Shown here: positions 23,400 through 34,235 of the stretch, piece after piece
How positions within the stretch are numbered: position 1 is the first letter of the stretch
Layout of the letters: each line of letters begins with the position of its first letter
Source: Nemertoderma westbladi
Lineage: Eukaryota; Animalia; Xenacoelomorpha
Direction of reading: 5' to 3'
Length of the DNA stretch: 37,313 nt
Assembly (NCBI GenBank): GCA_032718475.1
Contig: JAUCBJ010000130.1
Location: 1-37,313 of the forward strand
Notes under the pieces: generated by a model
Database searches by the model: none
Told to the model about the DNA's origin: nothing
Seen by the model: the letters and a program-made list of their open reading frames with translations, nothing else
Program-made: the position numbers and the translations under genes

Positions 23400-26300
23400 C
23401 ACCTGCATTGCCCGGAGTACTGGAAACGAGTTTCTGTGAACTCAAATGGTCTCCCCCGAGTCAATGGGCCATTCAATTCAAGGTGTCCAGGGGGGAAAGA
23501 AACCAGCTCTCAGTTCCTCACCTACCTCTTTGTCTCAGCAGATCAACCCATCAGCCCCCATTACCAATCCAAAGGAGGTGCTTGACCAATTACTCGGTTG
23601 TTGTTCAAAACAGCTGAGGCATGTCCTGAAGGGTGTGGGAAACAACCTTGAGGAGCTTCTATCAGACACCCTGTCCTCCATAGCCAAGAAGCCATCAGAT
23701 GTCTGGGGTTGGGTCCAGTTGCTCCAGGTAGGCCACAAATGTATACCTGCCCCATCCAGGAGTGGAAAACGCCACCAGCATTCCCTTGTCTCGCAGGTCA
23801 ACCAGAGGATCCAAACATTCCGGAATGACACACATGACCCATCGCTCACCCAGCCTCGCCCACCACCACGCAGGGACAAACACCCCCAGGGAGACACCCC
23901 CCGACTCACAACGGCTGTAGCTGAAAACATTGAGGATGGGGACATCAAAGGGGCTATCATAATCGTCTCCTCCAAGGACTCCTTAGCCCCAAACACAAAG
24001 GAGACCCTTGACTCACTGCGCCTGAAACACCCAAGCCGTCCTGCAGATAGACCTGTACCTGCACCTCCCATCACGGTCTCTGCCAACCCCAGCACACACC
24101 AGTTGTCCGTGAGCTGCTCCTCTCATTCCCCAGCTGCAGTACAGGAGGCCCAGATGGTATTCTGCCACAAGTCTTGAAAGAACTAATATGTGAGCGGATT
24201 CAATTCCGCCTCACCAACCCCCATAAAGTGGGAAAGGGCGCCTTTGAGCAATATTGGGAAGTACGAGGTTGATTACCAATCAACCTCGTATCACCCCAAT
24301 AAACGGGGACGACAAACCCCCAAAGGGCCGCACACAATGGGGGTCAGAGGTTACACCTCTGGGAGAGGGAGAGTGACAGTAGCGGGGGAAAACATTCCCA
24401 GAGAGATGGGAGGCGAGAATTAGGTTACTAGCCAATGGGGGGCAGGCATCCGCTGAGTAATACGGCCAACCTAGAGCAGTATATTACCTATTGATGTTTC
24501 TCATTTATTCAGTTAGCTTAGCCAGTTCAGTTAGGGCAGAACGGTAACTTTTATTACCGTCGCCACTGCCATCAACAATTATATTACCATTTACTCAGTT
24601 CACCATCAACTGTGCTATGTGTTTACTCAGTTCATATATATATATCCATTAACAATTTCGGAACGATAACAACATAACAAACTCTTTCACTGGCGGCGGC
24701 GACGCATAAATAAACCACACCGGTCGGGATTCTCGGATCCCGTCACAGTTATAAAATACTGTATATATATAATATACAGTACTGTGACGGGATCAGAGGA
24801 TCCCGACCGGTATGTGGTTTGTGTACGCGTCTCCGCCGTGAGTGAAAATAGGAAAAGAGTTTGTTGCTGTTCGGTAATATATAATGGGTAGATATATGAA
24901 ATATAATATACGTTGAGATAATAGACAGCACAGTTGAGATAACAGAATAATATGATATGGTTGATGGCGGCGGTGACGGACCAACGAATGGTGATCCAGG
25001 GACATGGTTAGTCACTAGCTATGCTGCTTCATTGCCATCATAATCGCCAGTGAGGTTTCTCAGTGCGTGAGGCCAATATTTTTTGGTGCGAACCTGTTTG
25101 CCTTCACCAAGAGTTCAAGACAAATTCGCCCCATAACTGTAGGAATGCCCCTGCGCCGTTTAACCGCGAAGTTCGCCGGGACATTAGTAAAGAGCGAGTG
25201 GATGAATTTGTACTGTGCGGTCCAGCTCAGCATCGGCACCAAAGGCAGGACCATGCTGCGAGAATCTTGGTGGAGTCTCTAAATGAGCGGGGAACTGTCC
25301 TCTTAAAAATAGACTTTGCTAATGCCTTCAAACTCCATCCGCCGTGACACCATGCTAGAGACAATCTACCAGACTTACCCTACAATCTACAATTACTCCC
25401 TGCCTGCATATGATGAGCCAAGCTTCCTCTTGAACTGTAGGACAGAGGACGTCATCCTCTCAGATGAAGAGGTGTCCAACAGGGAGATACATATGGGCTA
25501 AAGTTATTCCGGGATACCATCAACACTCAGTCTCTTGATTCCAGGTTTAATATCTGGTACCTCATTGATATCAACCTTGGCGCTGACTTCCAGGTAGTCC
25601 TCAATGACCTCAAGCGTATAATCTCAGAGGGGTCGGAGTGTGGACTCGAGGTCAAACCTTCCAAGTGCAAACTATTTTCCCTGGGTGCTGAGTCAGAGGA
25701 AACATGGACTGCCATCCAATGTGCATTCCAAGAGGTTTGTTCTGGGATGAATACTCTTCCCCTGGGTGAACTAACAATGTTGGGTGCCGCAATCGGTGAT
25801 GCTGCCATTGAGACATGTCTGCAGGGTAAGGTTGATAACCTGGCCATGCTTACATCACAGCCTCTGCACATCGACGCCCACTATGCCTTCTACCTCCTAA
25901 AACATTATTTTTCAATTCCCAGACTAACCTACTTCCTCCGCAAAGTACCATGCTTCACGAAACCGGATATCCTCGCTAAGTTCGACCAAACCATCAGACA
26001 TGCCCTCTGTGAGGTTGCAAACTCTGTAGTCGATGACCGTGCATTGTTACAAGCTGGTCTCCCTGCCCGCATAGGTCTCACTGGCCTCATTAGTGCTATA
26101 CAGCTCACACCTTCTGCCTTCCTGGCCTCTGCGGCTGCTAGTGCTGGTCTGGCAGGGCGCCTCCTCAAGCAAAATGAGACCTCCTTACACCACATGACAT
26201 CTCAAGCACTGGAGCAGTGGAAATCGATGGTCCCAGATGGTGAACCCACTCAATCCCCCAATTCTACCCATCACTGCGCATGGATGAGGCCCATCTTCGA

Positions 26301-27170
26301 GGAAACTTGGAACAGACTCCACTCTTCATCCTCCCCAGTCGACGTCGCCCGGCTAAACTCCTTGAACTTGAGTGTAGCAGGTTGTTGGTTAGACGCAGTC
26401 CCAGCCTCTTCCCTAGGGTTGAAACTCAACAACACACAGTTCTGGCTCTCCATCAACACCCGCCTGGGATGCATGGTTACAGAACCCCATAACTGCGCAC
26501 TATGTTGAGTCAGACAGTCTGCATGGTTTATGCTGCAAGCGTAGCACAGGCTGACATCACAGGCATACCATGGTCAACGACATAATTAAAAGATATCTAG
26601 CCAGCAGTGGTGTCCCCTCCCTCTTGGAACCACCTGGGCTCTGTAGAGATTGGAGCAGTAAATGGGTGGATGGTGTTACCCTTGTCCCGTGGAGTCATGG
26701 TTGCCTGCTCGCCTGGGATGCCACAATATGGGACCCGCTTGCAACCATTCACTGTGCTACAAGCCAGTCTGCTGGTGGTCGAGTGGCGGCTGAGGCAGAG
26801 GCAGCCAAATCCAAAAAATACCTGAAACTTGTGAAAAAGGGCTATATATTTCACCTGGTTGCATTTGAAATGTTTGGACAGCCCAGCCCCAAAACCACCA
26901 GCTTCCACAAGGAAATAGGCCAGAGGATCCATGCCCTTACCATGGAGCCCAGGTCTCACCGATTCCTCCTACAACAGATCCTAATCGCGATATTAATCGG
27001 GAATGCCACCTCCATACTGGGGACCATAGACTCTTCCTCTGCAGGCCTCTACGACATCATCGAGTAATTAATTAGTCGTATTTTATTCATTTTTTATCCC
27101 GCCTCTTTTTTAATTTTATCTGTATTTATTTGTTTTTATCCTTTTTGGTTAATATACTTCACTTTATTGC
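23400..27170 (+). mobile_element. Decayed CRE-clade non-LTR retrotransposon (RT plus restriction-like endonuclease)
   Basis: In order across frameshifts: degenerate N-terminal Zn finger (CPE..GP..RCPG), IEDGDIKGA..LRLKHP, GGPDGILPQVLKEL, RPIFFGANLFAFTK..IRPITVG..LRRL, KIDFANAF/NSIRRD, WYLIDI (YxDD position), GCWLDAVPASSLGLKL, CALC..H..CC, RHTMVNDII, VDGVTLVPW..G..LAWDAT. Confidence 0.88.
24189..24979. mobile_element. Solo-LTR-like insert (24189-24747) plus inverted partial copy (24783-24979) interrupting the CRE RT
   Basis: TGTGA...TCACA termini with AATAAA near the 3' end. 24783-24979 is a diverged reverse complement of about 24557-24747. CRE coding similarity stops at ..KELI and resumes at about 24985. 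No TSD seen. Confidence 0.6.
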
Positions 27171-27239
27171 TTTTACTCACTTGGAAGGATAATTGAAGAT
27201 TTTATCAAAAAAGAAAGACAGACAACTCACTTAATTCAT

Positions 27240-27630
27240 TTTTCCAATCACGTATATTCAGCATTCTTGCAGCATATGGGATTCCTGATGAAATTATTGC
27301 AGCTATCAGATCACTGTACGATGGTAATACCACATTTATGTATGGCACATATCCATTTGACATGCTGTGAGGAGTCCTTCAGGGTCACAAACTTGTACCA
27401 TTTGTCTTCATAATTGTAGTCGATTATGTTCTATGCATGTCCTTAATAACATCTTAATAAGGATGGGGTGATGATAACACCCCCTACTTGCATAATAAAT
27501 AGAGGAAATCCACCAGAACTACAGTATTGATCCAAACTTTGGTGATTGAGCGACTAGCTGGCTCAGCATTCTTAATATATATGTAATATATATAATGCAA
27601 CTGCAATGCAACATGCCCATAGTAGTAGTT
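27240..27630 (+). mobile_element. Decayed RTE LINE fragments
   Basis: ILAAYGIPDEIIAAIRSLY..GVLQGHKLVPFVFIIVVDYV, and a 3' tail (CAGCATTCTTAA..GCAACATGCC..TAGTAGTAG) like the other RTE 3' ends. Confidence 0.8.
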
Positions 27631-27826
27631 AGTACCAACATTTAGTGCTAATGTTGGTGCTACTTTAATGCTGAAAGAGATATCTACATTACGGTACCCT
27701 GTCTAGTTATGGGTACTGCCAGGTTGTTAGGAATATTCCAATCAATGGGGTTCTTGACTCAAAATCAAAACTTAATTAATCAGATGCAATTATGTCACAG
27801 AAACACAATATGGCGTTGTTTACACA

Positions 27827-28003
27827 ATTTGATGTTTAAGGTTTACAAAATTTTTGAATTATCCAAGCGATCTGTGATTGGTCGTAATTTGATGTTTACA
27901 GTTTACAAAATTTTCAAATTATCCAAACGATCTGTGATTGGTCGTAATTTGATGTTTACAGTTTACAACATTTTCAAATTATCCAAACGATCTGTGATTG
28001 GTC
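27827..28003. repeat. 60-bp tandem repeat x3
   Basis: AATTTGATGTTTACAGTTTACAAAATTTTCAAATTATCCAAACGATCTGTGATTGGTCGT repeated three times. Confidence 0.95.
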
Positions 28004-29262
28004 GAAGCATCACAATACACCTACCAATATCATTACTTCGAGCATTCATATAGCCATTACTGTCTTTATTTGGTTACTCAGGAATACATGAATCCAGTGG
28101 TTTTATGCACGCCTCAATTAAACAAATACCAATAGAAAATTAATTCATATATTTCAATTTCCTGGGCTTTTTTATCCGGCTGCCAATAACAGAGGTCCCT
28201 CTTTGTGATGGAAGAGAGGGCATCTAACCCATTACTATAAGAATTCTTTCCAATCCTTGCTGATGTACTTACTGCAAGGAGTGTGCTATAGTTGCAAATT
28301 AAACAAAACAAAACACTTCATTGCATATAACACATATGACCCGTATACAATACTATATAATATTATATATACTGTATTATATATAATATTATATATAATA
28401 TTATATATTAATATATTATATATATATATATATAATATTAATATTATAATATTGTATAACATATATTATAATATTAACTTAAGAGTGCCAGTGCATAACC
28501 ATTGACCAGCAGGATTTACTCAATCTAAAACCTACACTTTAATGCAACGAAACGAAACGAGAAAAGAAACATAAAATTCTAATTAATTAAATCCCTATCC
28601 TATCCAGGCGACTCAAGAACAGCTATAATACAAAAAGCACAAAAAGCACACCCTAGATTTCCTACATGTTTCTATATTATACAATTTACCGTATATAATA
28701 AATCATTAAAATAGTTATAACAATATTTTAGTTTGCACCTTCATATAGACTCGCCCTCAGTATACGTTCAGTAGAACCTGTGGATAGTAATTGTTTGTAT
28801 TTATCCAATGAGTGGTTCGACAGAAATATCTGGAAAAATATGAATGCCTTACAGTATTATGCACTGGACATGAGAATAGGAAATGATATTCCGTCTCAAC
28901 CTCGCCAAGTGCTACAAACCCTACATATCCTATCACGTTCAGCTCTGCTTTGCTTTACCCAAAAATGTTTTGATATCGTGTACATTTTATGTTTCCCACG
29001 CCCAACTTTACCCAAGCCCATTCAGTAGGTCCCTCACACTTTGAGCCCAGTTAGCCGAGCCCCCTGCATCTGGCTGAATGAAGTACCTATGGTGGTAAGC
29101 ATGCCATCGTACATGAGTCTTGTATGGCTGTTGTTAGAAAGAGACAATATCCTAACCTAGAATTTTAATATCGAGAGCTTCCTCCAGAGAGCCAATGGAT
29201 CTACGCCAGATTCTCCAATGACTGTAAAGTTGGGTGAGTAACATTTAATGCCAATTATGCGT

Positions 29263-29770
29263 ATTAAATATATAATGTAGATAGGACAATATGATAATGC
29301 TCTCCATAGCGAAAAATAACAACCGACCCTGTTGGGGCTCGAACCCGGTACCTAGGTTTCTAACTTCCGGTTATCATCAGCCGGGTGTGTTGACTGAGCT
29401 ACTAGATCAGATGAAGATTTCACTATGGAGTGGGATATCATATTTAGGCCAACTAATCACTCAAAGGAAAGTACAACGTTATTCCCGTGCTCTGCCAGAA
29501 ATAGCAACCATGCCTCAAAGAATAACTATTATACAGTGTTGTAGAAACCACTGTAACCCCGTATGCCTGGCCCAGGCTGTTAATTAATAATAATAAATGA
29601 ATTGTTGTGGGGTGAGTGACGGTGAATTAAATATATAATGTAGATATAGGACAATATGATATTGTCATGTGTTATTTGTTATATGTTATAGATAGGACAA
29701 TATTGTCCTATCTACAGTACATTATAAATTTAATTCACCGTCACTCACCCCACAACAATTCATTTATTAT
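29263..29770. mobile_element. Unclassified 508-bp non-autonomous element with tRNA-like cassette and 10-bp target-site duplication
   Basis: AATTATGCGT at 29253-29262 and 29771-29780; removing the insert and one copy restores the host LINE frame (LKRIIGIK). Contains direct and inverted copies of one arm. Confidence 0.8.
29323..29408 (-). pseudogene. tRNA-derived sequence with Pol III A and B boxes; not a canonical tRNA
   Basis: Minus strand GATCTAGTAGCTCAGTC...CCGGGTTCGAGCCCCAACAGGGTCGG; D-arm and anticodon region are irregular. Confidence 0.7.
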
Positions 29771-32479
29771 AATTATGCGTTTTAAAAAACCTAACTGGAC
29801 TCTCTCTACTGCCGTGGCATCATGGAACTCCATTTAAAAGAAAATGACATGTTTGGGAAACATGCCATGTACTTATAATAATATAATATAGAAAAGAGCT
29901 TTATCCGCCTTTTGAGCAAGTATACGTTGTCTGCATGTGAATTTACCTGTAAAGGAGAAGGTTATTCCAAGATAGTTATACTGAGACACTATCTTTGTTT
30001 TCTTTATTGTACCATCCATCGCTGCTGGCTACCACACCACCTTTCCTAAATACTACCACATTTGTCTTATCAAGATTGACCCTTAGCCACCAATAATCGC
30101 AATATGCACCTAGGATATTAAAAGATTTCTGAAGATCAACCCTAGAAGATGAACCCAGAACTAGATCATCCGCATAGAGCAGTAAAATAGTATAATGTGG
30201 GTTAGTGTTATACCTTTCAACCCCACCCAGTCGCAACTCTGCCTCAAGGAATAAAATAGGAATAAAATAAAAAGTAATGGGGATGGACACTCTCCCTGCA
30301 AAACCCCAAGTAAGCAGTCATAGACATCCGAAGTCTCACCAGCCCATTTGACACGCGATTTCACGGCTTCATACATACCCTTTACCACACTAAATATTCT
30401 GCCCATGAAACCCAAACAATTCAACTTAACCCACAGAGCACTACACTCTACACTATCGAATGCCTTTTGAAAGTCTATGAAACCACAAAACACCTTATCA
30501 CCATTCACTAAATATTGGTTTATAAGCCCACTTAAGACAAACAAATGGTCAGTGGTTCTGTAACCAAATCTAAAACCAGCTTGAGCATCTGTTTGTCATT
30601 CATTCAACATTGAAAGCCTCGGCCCACCATGCAATTCTAGAATTTAAGAAGGAAGTAAATAACTTCCCCAAACAAAGCAAAATACCCTTAAAGTTATTTG
30701 TGTCCTCCATACTGCCTTTTTTTTATAAATAGGAGTCACGAGTGCCACTGACCATTGTTTGGGAAAATGACCACTAACTAGAACAGCATTGAACATGGGT
30801 GTAATTAGCGGTACTAATGCTGATTTTCCCTCAATGAAGAATTCATTTAACAGGACGTCCTCCCCGGGTGCCTTGTAACGTTTTAGCCTATCTATAGCGA
30901 TATTAACCTCATCCTCTGTGATTACAATAACTCATTTTCCAGTAGAATTTTACTGTCTTCACAATTAATATCAACTGGAGGGTCTATCCCTACATCTGAG
31001 AATTCCTGTGTCACAGAACAAATATCCCGGGAGTGTTTTTCGAAATCATCTGCAGTTAGTGTAGTTGATGGGGCTGTTCAATATATACAATGTTCAGAAA
31101 CATTTTTTAATAGAGTCCAGAATTTCTTTGAGTCAGTTACATTTAACATTTTTAGGCGCCGGGATTAATTCCTTTTATAATTTGACTTAGATTGTCTAAT
31201 CATCCGACAGCAAGCACTACGTGCATATTCGACTGTACAGACAACACACCCCCCTCCCCAGTTACCCTTTACATATACTTGAAGAACATCACTGATTGAA
31301 ATTTTTGGTTTCCCATACAACACCCACCCATCAATTCTAGAGTTATTTATAAGTAATGTATTCTCACTGACTACACTACTATATAAACCCATTCCCTTTT
31401 CTTCCCTTGATAGCCGGTACAATGTTTCATGTTGCACCCTGATTTCGGGTGGGTAGTCATGGGCAACTCTATATACAGTCCCTATAAGAGCCTTACATGC
31501 CACCCAGATCCGATCTTTATCCTTCAAGCATAGGAATTCGACTTTGATAGGCCTGTTATGGGTCACATTACCTGGGCAGTTGGTATTGCAGCGATTTTAA
31601 TTACATTGCAAACATCGGCTCGCATACCCACCATGGAAGAGAGGAAAACTCATAGAACAGCCTCCATATCCTCTCCAACCCTCTCGGGAATATTCTTAAA
31701 TCGTGAAACTTTCCTCATATTCCTAGCTAGACTCAACAATAACAGCCCTTCTATATAAAGATCGACTAAACTCACAGTTGTCCTCTAGCTTCGCAATCTG
31801 TCCTTATCATAGATTCTTGGAATTCGGATTTTCCATCAACTATCGACTTTTGTTGCAATGCAATCCCTGGAATTAAATTCAAGTAGCTAAGAATCTCTGG
31901 GTTGCTAGTTTCCATCGCGAGATCCCTATGGGTACGAACACCGTCCGCTTCTAACCCCCTCCTTGTTCGTGCTCGTCACTTCTCAACCGCTTCAACCATT
32001 TAGCTGACTGTACTATGTACTCCTTGGCGAGGGGGTTAACATTAGGATCTGAGTGCCTAATTGGTGGACAGCAATCGGCATTAGGACTGACTGCTATTCC
32101 TCCAGGTTCCACTAATGGATACCACTGGTAGTTCTCCCTCTTCAGCGTTGTCAGTCATAGACCCAGATAGATCCCTGTAGCTTATGTTGTTTGAGCACAT
32201 ATCGGTTGTGTCACCCAAAAGTGAGAGTAACTGTTGTAGTAATTGGTAGCTGGATTGCGGTTGTTAGCCATACCACGCAATACACCAATAAAAAGAAACA
32301 GTCAACAGTCAGATGGATTTAGTAGTACAACAGTACAGCAGGTAGTAGTACAGTTATATGCGGTGGTAGTGCAAACATCGTACACTTAAATTACTATTCA
32401 TGGTTTAGACTGGTCACACTGGTTTAGATCTTGGTTTCACACTACAGATAGAATATAGCAGAAATCCTAATCATATAGT

Positions 32480-33030
32480 AACAGATACCAACTTTGCAGA
32501 TGACTTCCAGGCTACATTGGGTCATGGATTGAGAACAGCAGAAAAGACATAGAAGTTACATGGGAAAACAAAGATACAGATTGCTCAATCAAAAATGGAT
32601 ACCATCTGGAAATCATACCTCTCCCATCACCAGAAGACCAAGTTCTGTCAAGCCACAATTAAAAATTTACTTTTATACAGGGGTGAGACATGGTCACTGG
32701 CCCAAGCACTAGAACAACGAATTGATGGTTGAAGAAGATTACTAAGGGCAGCACTAAACATCACCTAGGGACAACACATAACAAACTCCGAGCTTTATGG
32801 TACAATAATACCATCTGTATTATAATCTGAATGCAGATTAAGATTCAGGAAAATCGATCAAGGAAAGCATAGCCATGGATGATTGGCTATGACATATAAA
32901 TATAGACCAACTAGAAAATAATATTGGACTGGGAGAAACAACTAAACAAAAAATTTCAACTATGGAGAATCTGGAAGCCTGGGTGGATCTCATTTCCACT
33001 GTCCCAGCTCGCTCTACCTAGTACTACTAC
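32480..33030 (+). mobile_element. Decayed RTE LINE 3' half
   Basis: DTNFADD, then LLLYRGETWSLAQALEQRIDG..LLRAALNI..QHITNSELYG (RTE C-terminal motifs) with stops. Confidence 0.8.
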
Positions 33031-33104
33031 TCACTCAAATTCCCTTATCTGTATTCCCCTTACTGCCATAATAACTAAACCAAGAATATTTCTAATTATC
33101 TCAC

Positions 33105-33213
33105 CTTATTACGGTTGGGTAGAGTTCTCCAGAAAACACAAAGACAATGTTAAAGGAAGCCGTTATTGCAAACTTCCCAGTCATTCCCATTGTAGTCTTC
33201 AACCATTGCAGAG
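33105..33213 (-). CDS. SLC22-family transporter, internal exon (not in the ORF track)
   Basis: Manual translation after a poly-T CAG| acceptor: (S)LQWLKTTMGMTGKFAITASFNIVFVFSGELYPTVI(R), with GKF and ELYPTVIR motifs. Phases match both neighbouring exons; donor AG|GTGAGA. Confidence 0.92.
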
Positions 33214-33296
33214 CTGAAAAAAAAATTATTAAAAACGAATCGAAAATATTTCAAAGAAAAAACCAGTTATTTTCAATGGAAATTTATAGTACTTAC

Positions 33297-33511
33297 AGTC
33301 AGGGATCAACATTGTTACAATGCAAGCTACGCCCCCCACCACTTCCACACCACATAGTACATATCTCCTTCCTAGAAAGTGTAGTAGCAGAATGCCAAGA
33401 GCGATGGCAGGTAGCTCAACAGCTCCGGAAATAGCCATGTTACTGAAGAATTCACCACCGAGCTCCTGGGTGTTAAGGCTTATTCCGTAGTATACAATCA
33501 CGTTAACGACC
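33297..33511 (-). CDS. SLC22-family (MFS) organic cation/anion transporter, internal exon
   Basis: TTTCAG| acceptor; VVNVIVYYGISLNTQELGGEFFSNMAISGAVELPAIALGILLLHFLGRRYVLC...IPD has the SLC22 YYG(L/I)SLN, VE(L/I)PA and GRR motifs. Donor T|GTAAGT. Confidence 0.92.
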
Positions 33512-34235
33512 CTGAAATGCAGCAATAGCCTCACCATTATTCATTGTAATTCGTATTTTATTCAAATCACTCATAGTTTAGGTTCATGGTCCTACTGAAA
33601 TAAGTGACCATTATTACTGTACTTACTATGACCCATATTATTAACTAAAGGGAGAGTCTGTCACTGAGATTTATAGATCCTCCAGGACCAGATTTTGTCT
33701 CATGTCTACCCCCTTACATATAGAAAGTGGCAGGTGGTCCTGCGCAGTGCGCAGCCCACCAGGACCGCCTTTGTGTATGTAGCACAGGTTCAAAAGGAGA
33801 ATCAATTAAGGATTATTATCCTGTCCTTTTACCAGCGACCTCCTAAACAACATATCCCATAAAGGAGCACCATTAACTGACCTGCCCACTTTGTTTCCCT
33901 GGCCCCAACACTACGACTTGATGAAATATTTCCACGAATGTTTGTCTCGCCTTGAAGAATGACAGTATAATTTGTGACTTTTTGCCCTGACATATTAATT
34001 CTCAGTGCTAATGTGGCTATAATTTATTTATTTATTAATTTATTATGTATTAATAACTTATGTGCCCTCTGTTATTTTGTATTAATCTTGTTTGTAATCT
34101 ATATTAGTTATCTTGACATTTGTAATTTGTTACATATATACATTACACTTTGTGTTTGGTATAAATCTTGCTTTATTACCTATAGTATTTACATAGTTAT
34201 ATATCTCGTTGGACTGGTACGATTGATTGGCTGTA

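Larger units (their letters stand above)
28730..31850 (-). mobile_element. Decayed two-ORF LINE, RTEX-like, internally deleted
   Basis: ORF1 remnant RPIKVEF..VAHDYPPEIR; RT motifs FCGFIDFQKAFDSV, GVLQGECPSPLLF, LLLYADDLVL; ERVQLGFLKRIIGIK..VIGESG; C-terminal GEVETEYHFLFSCP. No endonuclease domain seen. The 5' UTR may extend further. Confidence 0.82.

Noticed and set aside
23535-26959. Minus-strand ORFs across the CRE element
   Set aside because: They are antisense shadows of the GC-richer retrotransposon coding sequence.
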